DNA from: Eubacteriales bacterium | GTDB lineage: Bacteria; Bacillota; Clostridia; Oscillospirales; JAAYXM01 | Assembly: GCA_045539475.1 (NCBI GenBank) | Contig: JAZQFJ010000101.1 | Location: 17,994 to 81,993, forward strand | Length of the DNA: 64,000 nt | Direction: 5' to 3' | Shown here: positions 16,717 to 26,605 of the stretch, piece by piece | How the letters are laid out: every line of letters begins with the position of its first letter | How positions within the stretch are numbered: position 1 is the stretch's first letter | Translations under genes and position numbers: made by a program | Notes under the pieces: generated by a model | Told to the model about the DNA's origin: nothing | What the model saw: the letters and a program-made list of their open reading frames with translations, nothing else | Database searches by the model: none

Positions 16717-16732
16717 GTTAGCATAGGGTAAC
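16717..16732 (+). promoter_or_regulatory. second palindrome GTTAGC-N4-GGTAAC upstream of feoB
   Basis: Matches the 16409-16424 site in 11 of 12 arm positions. Confidence 0.4.
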
Positions 16733-16789
16733 CGGTATCCTCAGGTTCGCCCTTGTAGATAAAAAACAAAAATCAAGGAGGAATCAAAA

Positions 16790-18784
16790 ATGAGAATTGC
16801 TTTGACGGGCAATCCAAACAGCGGTAAAACGACCATGTATAATGCGCTTACCGGCAGAAATGAAAAGGTAGGTAACTGGGCGGGAGTAACCGTTGAAAAG
16901 AAAGAACACACCATAAAGAAAGGGTTTTATGCGGGAGAGGAAGAACTTATTGCAGTAGACCTTCCGGGTGCATACTCAATGTCTCCGTTTACTTCCGAAG
17001 AGAGCATCACAAGCTCTTATGTCAAGAGTGAAAACCCCGATGCTATCATCAATATTGTTGATGCGACGAACTTGAGCCGAAGCTTGTTTTTTACAACACA
17101 GCTTTTAGAACTCGGTATTCCGGTTGTCGTTGCGCTTAATAAGGCGGACGTGAATAAGAAGAAGGAAACAAAAATTGACGTTGCGGCGCTGGCTGCAAAG
17201 CTCGGATGTCCGGTTGTGGAGACTGTTTCTGTATCTTCTGATGGTCTGCGCGAGGTTGTAAAAACTGCAGTTTCCGTTGTCGGAAAGACTCAAAAGGCAC
17301 CTTACACTCAGGCGGATATCGACCTTACTGATAAGGCAGAGGTTGAAAAGGCAGACAGAGCGCGTTTTGCTTTTGTAAACAAAATTGTTGCAGATGTCGA
17401 AACCCGCAAGGTGTTTACGAATAAGAAGAACTATCAGGATAAAATAGACGCTGTTCTCACAAACAAGTGGCTTGGTATTCCGATTTTTGCGGTGGTTATG
17501 TATCTTGTGTTCCAGATATCCCAGGTTTGGGTTGGAACGCCGATTGCCGATTGGCTTGTTGCAGGTCTTGAAACCTTCCAGGGCTGGGTGGGCGAGCTTC
17601 TTGCGGATGCAAACCCGCTTCTCTCGGCGCTTTTGGTTGACGGCGTTATCGGAGGTGTTATCGCGGTTATCGGATTTTTGCCGCTCGTTATGGTTATGTA
17701 CTTCCTCATCGCGCTTCTTGAGGACTGCGGATATATGTCACGCGTTGCGGTTGTTCTTGACCCGATATTCAAAAAGGTCGGTCTTTCGGGCAAATCCGTA
17801 ATTCCGTTTGTTATCACAATCGGCTGTGCAGTTCCGGGCATTATGGCAAGCCGCACAATCCGCAACGAGCGCGAGAGACGCGCAACGGCTATGCTCGCTC
17901 CGTTTATGCCCTGCGGTGCAAAAATTCCGGTTATTGCGCTCTTTGCCGGCGCGTTCTTTGATGATGCAGGCTGGGTAAGTACGACAATGTACCTTTCGGG
18001 CATCGTTCTTATCTTCCTCTCGGCGCTTCTCATAAACAAGATCACAGGCTACAAGGCACGCAAGTCCTTCTTTATTATCGAGCTTCCGGAATACAAAATT
18101 CCGAGCCTTTGGGGCGCATTCAAGTCGATGTGCTCACGTGGTTGGGCGTACATAGTAAAGGCGGCTACCATTATCCTTCTCTGCAATACTGCGGTACAGA
18201 TTATGCAGACATTTGACTGGAGCTTCGCTGTTGCGGAAAGCGCGGATACGTCTATTCTTGCATCAATTGCACGTCCGTTTGCATATCTGCTCGTTCCGGT
18301 TGTAGGCGTTCTTTCGTGGCAGCTTGCCGCAGCGGCAGTAACGGGCTTTATCGCAAAGGAAAACGTTGTCGGCACTCTCGCTGTCTGCTTCGTTGGTCTT
18401 GAAAATCTTATTGATATGGATGAGCTTGCTCTTCTTGAAGGTGCAGGCGCAGAAGCGGCAGGCTTAATCGCAATAACAAAGGTTGCGGCGCTTGCATATC
18501 TTATGTTCAACCTCTACACTCCGCCATGCTTTGCGGCAATCGGCGCGATGAACGCCGAAATGAAGAGCGCAAAATGGCTTTGGGGCGGGATAGGGCTCCA
18601 GCTTGGCATCGGCTTTACGGTAGGCTATCTTGTATATCAGATTGGCACGCTTATCACTGCGGGAACCTTCGGCGCAGGCTTTATTCCGGGACTTGTTGCC
18701 ATAGCGGTATTTGCAGGTATTATTACGTACCTTATACACAAAGCAGATGCACAGGTAAAGGTGGAATACGCGCTCTCGAAATAA
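16790..18784 (+). CDS. feoB: ferrous iron transporter FeoB
   Basis: N-terminal G-domain (GNPNSGKTTMYNALTG, DLPG, NKAD) followed by a polytopic membrane domain. Confidence 0.95.
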   Translation: MRIALTGNPNSGKTTMYNALTGRNEKVGNWAGVTVEKKEHTIKKGFYAGEEELIAVDLPGAYSMSPFTSEESITSSYVKSENPDAIINIVDATNLSRSLFFTTQLLELGIPVVVALNKADVNKKKETKIDVAALAAKLGCPVVETVSVSSDGLREVVKTAVSVVGKTQKAPYTQADIDLTDKAEVEKADRARFAFVNKIVADVETRKVFTNKKNYQDKIDAVLTNKWLGIPIFAVVMYLVFQISQVWVGTPIADWLVAGLETFQGWVGELLADANPLLSALLVDGVIGGVIAVIGFLPLVMVMYFLIALLEDCGYMSRVAVVLDPIFKKVGLSGKSVIPFVITIGCAVPGIMASRTIRNERERRATAMLAPFMPCGAKIPVIALFAGAFFDDAGWVSTTMYLSGIVLIFLSALLINKITGYKARKSFFIIELPEYKIPSLWGAFKSMCSRGWAYIVKAATIILLCNTAVQIMQTFDWSFAVAESADTSILASIARPFAYLLVPVVGVLSWQLAAAAVTGFIAKENVVGTLAVCFVGLENLIDMDELALLEGAGAEAAGLIAITKVAALAYLMFNLYTPPCFAAIGAMNAEMKSAKWLWGGIGLQLGIGFTVGYLVYQIGTLITAGTFGAGFIPGLVAIAVFAGIITYLIHKADAQVKVEYALSK

Positions 18785-18793
18785 GGAGTGATT

Positions 18794-18961
18794 TTGTTGG
18801 TTAATATTATTCTTATTGCTGTGCTTGTTGTCATACTCGGCGGCGCGGCGGCATATGTGATACGTGCGAAGAAAAGTGGGGTAAAGTGCATAGGATGTCC
18901 GAGCGGGAAATCCTGCAACGGCTCCTGCTCTTCGTGCAGCGGATGTAATACAGTAAAATAA
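18794..18961 (+). CDS. FeoB-associated Cys-rich membrane protein
   Basis: Manually read 55-aa ORF (TTG start, AGGAG 5 nt upstream): LLVNIILIAVLVVILGGAAAYVIRAKKSGVKCIGCPSGKSCNGSCSSCSGCNTVK. Below the track cutoff. Confidence 0.7.
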   Translation: MLVNIILIAVLVVILGGAAAYVIRAKKSGVKCIGCPSGKSCNGSCSSCSGCNTVK

Positions 18962-18967
18962 CATAAA

Positions 18968-18994
18968 AAACGGGGCTTTTCGCTCCGTTTTTTA
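18968..18994 (+). terminator. intrinsic terminator after the feo operon
   Basis: ACGGGGC/GCTCCGT stem followed by T6. Confidence 0.7.
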
Positions 18995-19054
18995 TATAGA
19001 CAAACTGCATAATTTGCATTATAATATAAGAAAACAAAAAATGGAGTGTGTGTT

Positions 19055-20743
19055 ATGAGAAAAATTATTAAACGTCTGGTTGCTGTGGCACTTGCTTTTG
19101 CACTTTCTGTTCCTGCTTTCGCGGCGGGCGGGGTGAACAAAACCACAGCAAACATCGGCGGCGCGACCGCAAATGTTGTTTATATTGATATGAGCGCGAA
19201 AAACCGAGTGCTTTTGCCGGTTGTTGCCAATAACAGCATAAGCACCGACACGGCGGCGGGGAATATAATTTCCGGTGTAAAGCGCGGTAACGTTATTGCA
19301 GCGGTCAACGGTGGTTTTTTCAATTCGTATTATAACGCATCTGCCGCGATGAATGTTGCGAGCGGTAACTATCCGCGTGTGTTCAATACCGTTATATCGG
19401 AAGGGCGCGTGATTGCCAACGGCGGAACGGTTCCGGCAATTGGTATGGACTATGACGGGAACATTCTCATTGACATAGTAAAGCTTACGCCGACAATTAC
19501 TTTGCGCGGTAACACGGAAATTGCGGCGTGGGGCGTAAATACTGTTTACAACGATGCGACAGCGGTATATGTTCTTACTCCGGAGTTTGACTATGCCGTT
19601 GATATTCCGTCAACGTCAAAGATTGTAACGATAAAGAATAAAACCGTTGCATCAATAGCAAACGGAAGCGGCGGCTACAAAACGCCGGATGGTGCGGTTG
19701 CCGTAGTTTACGGCGCGACTGCATACTCAAATGCGGCAAAGTGGGATTCGCAACCGGTTGTTGGGGAAAGCGCAGTTTTCCATTACAAGGCAGAGCCGAA
19801 TGACAGCTCAAAGAAAGCGGCGTGGAACAATATGCGCACAGTTATGGGAGCGGGCGGAATACTCGTCAAAAACGGAGTGTCGGCGGTTGATAATGCAATC
19901 AATCCAACTGCGGCAGATCAGAAACCTGATGTTTCAGGACAGCGCACGTTTGTTGCTGTTTTAAATGACGGAAGACTGATGCTCGGTACGGTTAAAAGCT
20001 CCTTCCGCGCGATAGCAAATGCGCTCATTTCCCTCGGCGCGCGCGATGCGGTGTTTATGGACGGCGGTGCATCAAGCGCAATGTATGTAAACGGAGGATT
20101 TGTGACTCCGGCAGGAAGAAAGCTTGCGACTATGCTTGCGGTAGTTGATGAAACTGCCGCAGTGGTAAAGCCGGACACTTCTGTTTCTGCAGAGGCAAAC
20201 GGACCTTCTTCATGGGCAAAAGAGAGTGTTGACACGGCGCGCAGTCTGAAAATACTGCCAGAGCATATCGACAGCAACTACAAGCGAAATATCACGAGAA
20301 AAGAGTTCTGTGATCTGATTGCAAACTTCATCCGTGTGAAAACAGATATGTCGGTTGAATATACGTGTACAAAACGAGAGATAGCAGTTGCTTCAAAACC
20401 GTTTTCAGACAGCAATGACTATTACGTTCCGTACATTGCCGCACTTGGCATTATAAACGGATATCCGGACGGAACCTTCCGCCCGAAGGATGCGATAAAG
20501 CGTCAGGATGCTGCGATAATGCTCCAGCGCCTCGCAAGCTTCCTCGAGGCTGACACCTCAGGAAACGCAAAGACGTTTGCAGATGCCGCACAGATTTCTG
20601 CATATGCAAAGCCCGGTGTTGATTATGTAACAAGTCTTGGTATTATGAACGGAAATGCGAACGGAACGTTTTCGCCTTTGAATAACATTACCCGTGAGCA
20701 GGCAGTAATTACAATTATGAATGCGTACAATAACATAAGATAG
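19055..20743 (+). CDS. secreted phosphodiester-glycosidase-like (NAGPA/DUF2233-type) protein with C-terminal SLH domains
   Basis: Signal peptide. AAVNGGFF and FMDGGASSAMY motifs. C-terminal SLH-like repeats (FSDSNDYYVPYIAALGIINGYPDGTFRP; FADAAQISAYAKPGVDYVTSLGIMNGNANGTFSP). Confidence 0.65.
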   Translation: MRKIIKRLVAVALAFALSVPAFAAGGVNKTTANIGGATANVVYIDMSAKNRVLLPVVANNSISTDTAAGNIISGVKRGNVIAAVNGGFFNSYYNASAAMNVASGNYPRVFNTVISEGRVIANGGTVPAIGMDYDGNILIDIVKLTPTITLRGNTEIAAWGVNTVYNDATAVYVLTPEFDYAVDIPSTSKIVTIKNKTVASIANGSGGYKTPDGAVAVVYGATAYSNAAKWDSQPVVGESAVFHYKAEPNDSSKKAAWNNMRTVMGAGGILVKNGVSAVDNAINPTAADQKPDVSGQRTFVAVLNDGRLMLGTVKSSFRAIANALISLGARDAVFMDGGASSAMYVNGGFVTPAGRKLATMLAVVDETAAVVKPDTSVSAEANGPSSWAKESVDTARSLKILPEHIDSNYKRNITRKEFCDLIANFIRVKTDMSVEYTCTKREIAVASKPFSDSNDYYVPYIAALGIINGYPDGTFRPKDAIKRQDAAIMLQRLASFLEADTSGNAKTFADAAQISAYAKPGVDYVTSLGIMNGNANGTFSPLNNITREQAVITIMNAYNNIR

Positions 20744-20854
20744 TGTGATTTGTTTTTTATCAAATGTTTTCAAAATCTCGGTTAAAAAATACTTGAAAAC
20801 GGCGGTAATATGTGGTAAAATAAATAAATATTCAAGAAAAAACGGAGGCAGGTT

Positions 20855-22183
20855 ATGGGTTACACACGTGAGGATATTGAAAGAATAGTAAAAGAGCAGG
20901 ATGTAAAGTTTATTCGCTTGCAGTTTACAGATATTTTCGGAACAATGAAAAATATTTCAATTACCGAGCGACAGCTTGCCCGTGCGCTTGATAATAAGTG
21001 TATGTTTGACGGCTCATCAATTGAAGGCTTTGTGCGCGTTGAAGAGTCTGATATGTACTTGCGTCCGGACCTCAATTCCTTTGTTATTCTGCCGTGGATT
21101 AAGGACGGCGGCAAGGTCGCCCGCCTTATCTGCGATGTTTATGACACAAACGGCAATCCGTTTATGGGTGATCCGCGCTGTGTACTTAAAAAGGTGCTTT
21201 CCGAAGCCGCAGATATGGGATATACCGTAAATATCGGCCCTGAGGCAGAGTTTTTCCTCTTTAAAACAGATGAAAACGGAAATCCGACCGCAATAAGAAA
21301 TGACCGTGCGGGGTATTTTGACCTCGGTCCTGTTGATACGGACGAAAATGTACGTCGTGAGATGTGTAAATATCTCGAGGAAATGGGCTTTGAGATTGAG
21401 GCGTCTCACCACGAAAACGCAGACAGCCAGCACGAAATTGACTTTAAGTACGGCGAAGCGCTTACAACGGCGGATAACATTATAACCTTCAAGCTCCTTG
21501 TAAAAACTATCGCCCATAAGAATGGGCTTCATGCAACCTTTATGCCTAAACCGATTTTCGGAATTGCAGGCTCTGGTATGCACATAAATATCTCCCTTTC
21601 AAAGGAAGGAAAGAACATTTTCTACGCACCGGGAGACAAGTTGGGACTCAGCCGTGAGGCATATTGCTTTATTGCCGGTGTTATCGAGCATGCGCGCGGA
21701 ATGTGTGCGCTCACAAATCCAATTGTAAATTCGTATAAGCGCCTTGTGCCCGGATATGAAGCTCCGCTTTATATCGCGTGGTCTGCAAAGAACAGAAGTC
21801 CGCTTATCCGTGTGCCGAGCGCAACGGGTGAGGGCGCACGCATCGAGATAAGAAACCCTGACCCTGCGGCAAACCCGTATCTCGCGTTTGCGGCAGTGCT
21901 TGCGGCAGGTCTTGACGGAATAAAGCGTGGGCTCACTCCGCCGCCGTCTGTCGAGTCCAATATATTCGAGATGTCAAAAAAAGAATTGCGTGAGAACAAC
22001 ATCCAGGCACTTCCCGCAAATCTTTCGGAAGCCGTTGACGAGCTTGAGTGCGATGAGCTTCTCATGAACACTATAGGAAGCCATATTGCGTCAAAGTATA
22101 TTGAAGCAAAGCGCCGCGAATGGAAAGAATACACCTCCACCGTGCATGAGTGGGAGGTAAACAGATATCTCATCAAATACTAA
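20855..22183 (+). CDS. glnA: glutamine synthetase, type I
   Basis: [40 protein letters not shown] and [13 protein letters not shown] motifs. Confidence 0.95.
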   Translation: MGYTREDIERIVKEQDVKFIRLQFTDIFGTMKNISITERQLARALDNKCMFDGSSIEGFVRVEESDMYLRPDLNSFVILPWIKDGGKVARLICDVYDTNGNPFMGDPRCVLKKVLSEAADMGYTVNIGPEAEFFLFKTDENGNPTAIRNDRAGYFDLGPVDTDENVRREMCKYLEEMGFEIEASHHENADSQHEIDFKYGEALTTADNIITFKLLVKTIAHKNGLHATFMPKPIFGIAGSGMHINISLSKEGKNIFYAPGDKLGLSREAYCFIAGVIEHARGMCALTNPIVNSYKRLVPGYEAPLYIAWSAKNRSPLIRVPSATGEGARIEIRNPDPAANPYLAFAAVLAAGLDGIKRGLTPPPSVESNIFEMSKKELRENNIQALPANLSEAVDELECDELLMNTIGSHIASKYIEAKRREWKEYTSTVHEWEVNRYLIKY

Positions 22184-22196
22184 GAGGTATGAATAG

Positions 22197-23207
22197 ATGA
22201 AGGAACGTCTTATTTTGCCTTCGGGCTATAACAGAAAAATGTCTATCCGCGATACTGAGCGCGGTGTCAAGATGATAAAGGATATGTTCGAGAACCGCCT
22301 TGCAAAGGCACTTAATCTCGAGCGTGTCAGCGCACCGCTTTTTGTAAAAAGCGGCACCGGACTTAACGACAATTTAAACGGCATTGAGCGTCCTGTTGCG
22401 TTTGACCTTCTTGAACAACCGGGAAGCGTGTATGAAATTGTCCACTCCCTTGCAAAGTGGAAGAGAATGGCTCTGCGTGATTACGGCTTTGGTGTCGGTG
22501 AAGGATTATACACGGATATGAACGCTATCCGCCGTGATGAAATGACTGATAATCTTCACTCAATCTATGTTGACCAGTGGGATTGGGAGCTTGTTATTGA
22601 TAAGTCTAGCAGAAAAACTGAATTTTTATATGACATTGTGCGTAAAATATACGAGGTGGTCCGCGATGCAGAGCGCGAGGTCTCCGAGAAGTTCGGAACA
22701 CAGCGCAAGCTTCCGGATGAGATTACATTCGTCACAACATATGAGCTTGAGGAAATGTATCCTGACCTCACAGGCAAAGAACGGGAAAAAGAGATATCCA
22801 AAAAGCACGGCGCTGTATTTATAGCGCAGATAGGTGACAGGTTAAAATCCGGCGGCAAGCACGACGGACGTGCACCGGATTATGATGACTGGACATTAAA
22901 CGGAGATATTGTTTTGTATTATCCGCTTCTTGATTGCCCGTTCGAGATATCGTCAATGGGAATCCGCGTTGATGAGGATGCGCTTCTTCGTCAGCTCCGT
23001 GCCGAAGAGTGCGAGGACAGACTTGAGCTTCCGTTCCAGAAAGCACTGATGAATGGCGAGCTTCCGTATACAATCGGAGGAGGAATAGGTCAGTCACGCT
23101 TGTGCATGTTTATGCTTGATTGTGCGCATATAGGAGAGGTTCAGTCTTCCGTTTGGCCGAAGGCAGATAAAGAAATCTGCAAGGAACACGGAATAAAGTT
23201 GTTATAA
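22197..23207 (+). CDS. asnA: aspartate--ammonia ligase (AsnA type)
   Basis: VHSLAKWKR, YVDQWDWE and GGGIGQSRLCMF motifs, as in E. coli AsnA. Confidence 0.9.
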   Translation: MKERLILPSGYNRKMSIRDTERGVKMIKDMFENRLAKALNLERVSAPLFVKSGTGLNDNLNGIERPVAFDLLEQPGSVYEIVHSLAKWKRMALRDYGFGVGEGLYTDMNAIRRDEMTDNLHSIYVDQWDWELVIDKSSRKTEFLYDIVRKIYEVVRDAEREVSEKFGTQRKLPDEITFVTTYELEEMYPDLTGKEREKEISKKHGAVFIAQIGDRLKSGGKHDGRAPDYDDWTLNGDIVLYYPLLDCPFEISSMGIRVDEDALLRQLRAEECEDRLELPFQKALMNGELPYTIGGGIGQSRLCMFMLDCAHIGEVQSSVWPKADKEICKEHGIKLL

Positions 23208-23234
23208 GGTTATTAAAAGATTATAGAAATAAAA

Positions 23235-23536
23235 TTTTGACCCGTCGCAAGACCGCACTAACCGGGGAGTTAGCGGTGCCCTGTACCTGCAATCCGCTAC
23301 AGCAGGGGTGAATTCCCGTTCCGAGGCGCAGGTGCGTGCGGCAGGGTTATACAAACGGTGTTGAGAGGTCGGTCCCGCGCAGCGTAGGGCTGTGAACCAT
23401 GTCAGGCGGGGAACCGAGCAGCATTAAGCGGTTTACTTCGTGTGCCGCGGGTGTGCCGGCTTTGAGTTGTTTGTATAAATTCCGCGCATGTGCTTGTTGT
23501 CGAAGTTCGGGTGTGCGGTCGTGCGATGGGTCAAAA
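23235..23536 (+). ncRNA. ffs: signal recognition particle RNA, large (Bacillus/Clostridium) type
   Basis: Terminal helix TTTTGACCCGTCGCAAGACCGCAC / GTGCGGTCGTGCGATGGGTCAAAA. Domain IV core GUCAGGCGGGGAACCGAGCAGCAUUAAG. Conserved position directly upstream of dnaX. Confidence 0.85.
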
Positions 23537-23564
23537 TTACGATTGATAAAGCAGAGGTAGGTCT

Positions 23565-25220
23565 ATGCATCAGGCACTGTACCGCAAGTGGCGGCCTCAG
23601 TCCTTTGCCGATGTTGTCGGGCAGTCGGCTATAACCGACACGCTGACAAAGCAGGTGGAGACGGGGAAAACTTCACACGCATATTTGTTCTCGGGCTCTC
23701 GCGGAACGGGAAAGACGACCTGTGCAAAAATTCTTGCAAAAGCCGTAAACTGTGAAAATCCCTTTCACGGAAATCCGTGCAATGAGTGCCCTTCCTGCAA
23801 GGGAATTATGAGCGGAGAGGTTCTTGATGTTGTGGAAATTGACGCAGCATCCAACAACGGCGTAGATTACGTCCGCGATCTTCGTGAAGAGGCGATATAT
23901 TCTCCGGCAAACGTAAAAAAACGTGTGTATATCATTGATGAGGTTCATATGTTTTCAACAAGTGCATTTAATGCACTTCTCAAGATAATGGAAGAGCCTC
24001 CCGAGCATGTCGTTTTTATTCTTGCAACAACAGAACTGCATAAGGTTCCTGCAACGATATCCTCGAGGTGTCAGCGCTTTATTTTTAAGCGTATTCCGCA
24101 AAGTGTAATTGCAGAGCGCCTGCAGTTTATAACGCGCAGTGAAGGTGCAACGCTTTCGGACGATGCTGCCGGCTACATAGCGAATCTTTCCGACGGTGCG
24201 ATGCGTGATGCGTTGTCACTTCTCGATCAGTGTATTTCGGTTGGCGAAGGAAATGTCAGTGCGGAAACGGTTGAAAATGTCGTCGGTCTTGCGGGAAAGA
24301 AACAGACTTTTGATATGGCGAATGCCATTGCAGACCGCGATCTCGGCGCAGCGCTCACATTCTTAAACGATATTTATACAAGTGGTAAAAATTTAAGCTC
24401 TGTGCTTACTGAGCTTGCTGAGGTTTTCCGCGATGTTCTTATACTCAAAACCGCAGGAGGAGAAAAGCTTCCGCGCTTAAGCGCGCGCTATACGGACGGA
24501 GAGCTTCGTTCTCTTTCTGATAAGTTCGATACACTTCGTCTTTGCCGTGCAGTTGAAGCACTGCAGGAGGCAACGGGTGCGATTGCATCAAGCTCGAATA
24601 AGCGCATAGATGCAGAACTGTGTTGTGTGCGCCTTTGCGAGGGAGCGGATTCTGCGGACATTGATTCTGTGATTTCGCGCGTTAATGAGCTTGAAAACAA
24701 GATAAAGAACGGAAGCTTTGCAACTGTTCCGGCAAAAGATACTGCGCCGCGACCTGAGGTCTCGGAAGCGGCAAAGGTTCCGCCACAGCAAAAAAGCGAA
24801 GAGCCGGTACCGGTTCGCGCTGAAGATAAAAAGCCAGAAACTAAGCTTTCCGAGAATGAGAAAACGGCAGCGGTACAGAAAAGTGCGGCGCCCCCGGCCG
24901 GCAGTGATGCAAAAGCTCTGTGGAACAGCATTCTTTCTGCAGCAAAGGGGAAGCTTTCTCCCGGCGTTGCTCCGCTGTTTGGTGGCGTTGCGGCGACTCT
25001 CTCCGGAAACTCACTTTCGCTTTCCAGTGACAATGCTTTTGTGCTTCAGATGTTGACAAGAACGGAAAATTTGGATATACTAAGAAGTGCGGCGAGTTCG
25101 GTGGCTCCGGGAATAACGGTTACTGCGGGGAAAAAAGTTGAAGCACCCAAGGTTGAGACGAGCGGACTTGATGAGCTGCTTGCAGGACTTGACGACGATA
25201 TGGACATAACGATACAATAA
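23565..25220 (+). CDS. dnaX: DNA polymerase III subunit gamma/tau
   Basis: [26 protein letters not shown], the zinc module CNECPSC, and IIDEVHM. Confidence 0.95.
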   Translation: MHQALYRKWRPQSFADVVGQSAITDTLTKQVETGKTSHAYLFSGSRGTGKTTCAKILAKAVNCENPFHGNPCNECPSCKGIMSGEVLDVVEIDAASNNGVDYVRDLREEAIYSPANVKKRVYIIDEVHMFSTSAFNALLKIMEEPPEHVVFILATTELHKVPATISSRCQRFIFKRIPQSVIAERLQFITRSEGATLSDDAAGYIANLSDGAMRDALSLLDQCISVGEGNVSAETVENVVGLAGKKQTFDMANAIADRDLGAALTFLNDIYTSGKNLSSVLTELAEVFRDVLILKTAGGEKLPRLSARYTDGELRSLSDKFDTLRLCRAVEALQEATGAIASSSNKRIDAELCCVRLCEGADSADIDSVISRVNELENKIKNGSFATVPAKDTAPRPEVSEAAKVPPQQKSEEPVPVRAEDKKPETKLSENEKTAAVQKSAAPPAGSDAKALWNSILSAAKGKLSPGVAPLFGGVAATLSGNSLSLSSDNAFVLQMLTRTENLDILRSAASSVAPGITVTAGKKVEAPKVETSGLDELLAGLDDDMDITIQ

Positions 25221-25234
25221 GGAGTGTTATTACA

Positions 25235-25585
25235 ATGGCAAGAGGCGGTTTTCCGGGCGGAGGATTTCCCGGTGGAATGAATATGAACAATATGATGAAG
25301 CAGGCTCAGAAAATGCAGCAGGATATGATGCGTATGCAGCAGGAGCTTGAAGAAAAAACGTATACTGCAAGCGCAGGCGGCGGGGCTGTTGAGGCGACCG
25401 TCAGCGGCAAAAACCGCGTTACAGCAATTAAAATTGCACCCGAAGCTGTTGATCCTGATGATGTTGAAATGCTTGAAGACCTCATTGTTGCTGCAATCGG
25501 TGAAGCAATGAATCAGGCAGAAACTGCGGCCGGTGCGGAAATGAAAAAGATTACCGGCGGAATGAATATTCCGGGAATGTTTTAA
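25235..25585 (+). CDS. ybaB: YbaB/EbfC nucleoid-associated protein
   Basis: [21 protein letters not shown]... plus dnaX-ybaB-recR synteny. Confidence 0.9.
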   Translation: MARGGFPGGGFPGGMNMNNMMKQAQKMQQDMMRMQQELEEKTYTASAGGGAVEATVSGKNRVTAIKIAPEAVDPDDVEMLEDLIVAAIGEAMNQAETAAGAEMKKITGGMNIPGMF

Positions 25586-25602
25586 TCATAACGGAGGCAA
25601 GG

Positions 25603-26208
25603 ATGATGCGTTTTTTTACGGCACCGGTTGAAAATTTGATAGAGCAGTTCCAGAAACTGCCCGGCGTCGGAAGAAAGACGGCACAGCGGCTTGCGTTCTT
25701 TATTCTTTCACTTCCCGAGGCTGAGGCAGAGGGGTTTGCCAACGCTGTTATAAATGCAAAAAAACTGGTAAAGTTCTGCAGTGAATGTCAGAACCTTACT
25801 GATACGGAATTGTGTTCAATCTGTGCCGATAATGCACGCGATAAGACCACGGTCTGCGTGGTGAGTGACCCGAAGGATGTTGCGGCGATTGAAAAAACCC
25901 GCGAATACAATGGGCTTTACCATGTGCTTCACGGCTGTATTTCTCCGATGAACGGAATAGGGCCGGATGATGTGCGTATAAAAGAGCTTCTCACTCGCGT
26001 TGCAAAGGGCGAGATAAAGGAAGTTATTATGGCAACAAACCCTGACACCGAGGGCGAGGCAACAGCAATGTATATTTCCCGTCTTTTAAAGCCGTTTGGA
26101 ATAAGCACAACGCGCTTAGCTTACGGAATCCCTGTTGGTGGGCATCTTGAATTTGCCGATGAAATGACGCTTACCCGCGCCATTGAAGGCAGAAGACTTA
26201 TGGACTGA
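25603..26208 (+). CDS. recR: recombination protein RecR
   Basis: LPGVGRKTAQRLAF HhH motif, a C4 zinc finger (CSECQNLT..CSIC) and a Toprim domain. Confidence 0.95.
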   Translation: MMRFFTAPVENLIEQFQKLPGVGRKTAQRLAFFILSLPEAEAEGFANAVINAKKLVKFCSECQNLTDTELCSICADNARDKTTVCVVSDPKDVAAIEKTREYNGLYHVLHGCISPMNGIGPDDVRIKELLTRVAKGEIKEVIMATNPDTEGEATAMYISRLLKPFGISTTRLAYGIPVGGHLEFADEMTLTRAIEGRRLMD

Positions 26209-26241
26209 TAATTTTCCGTTTTCAATTTTAAATTAATATCC

Positions 26242-26324
26242 GCGGGCGTGGTGGAATGGCAGACACGCTGGTCTTAGGAGCCAGTGTCTTCGACGTGTGG
26301 GTTCAAGTCCCACCGCCCGCACCA
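26242..26324 (+). tRNA. tRNA-Leu (anticodon TAG), CCA encoded
   Basis: Acceptor GCGGGCG/CGCCCGC, anticodon loop CTTAGGA, long variable arm, T-arm GTGGGTTCAAGTCCCAC. Confidence 0.9.
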
Positions 26325-26465
26325 AAAATCGACAAGATTCATACGAGTCTTGTCGATTTTACTTGTTACATATTCACTCTTCACTATTCCCTAAATAGAC
26401 TTGTCGATTTTTGGGAAGTAATAAGTAATAGTGAATAGGGAAGAAGATGCGTGGCTTCGCCACAT
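26324..26465 (+). repeat. structured intergenic repeat family, copy 2 (tRNA-downstream type)
   Basis: Same module order as 6134-6285. The terminator stem differs at 3 bp, all of them compensatory. Confidence 0.75.
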
Positions 26466-26605
26466 TTTATTGCAAACATCGCATCATTTCGGCACGAAGT
26501 GGCGCAATATCATATCGCCGTTGGCAATGTTTCATTAAAAACTGTTAACCCGTATCATAATCCGTCGGTTCTCCGGTTATGTAAACAAGGTGAGGCTTAA
26601 ACCCG

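Noticed and set aside
17434-18045. 203-aa ORF antisense within feoB, and similar long antisense ORFs at 8719-9276, 21017-21583, 24488-25033, 40345-40941 and 43800-44324
   Set aside because: Each lies entirely inside a sense gene with strong family motifs. Their translations are compositionally biased and have no start context.
20744-20854. Riboswitch, T-box or GlnR/TnrA box upstream of glnA
   Set aside because: The leader is short and AT-rich with only a plausible promoter (TTGAAA...TAAAAT). I found no TGTNA-N7-TNACA site or conserved structure by eye.
23915-23921. A7 run in dnaX as a possible programmed frameshift site
   Set aside because: It lies in the N-terminal ATPase domain, far upstream of where gamma/tau frameshifting occurs. 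There is no downstream stem-loop or nearby stop in the -1 frame that I could see.
26256-26438. 60-aa ORF
   Set aside because: It starts inside tRNA-Leu and runs through the repeat element, so it is spurious.
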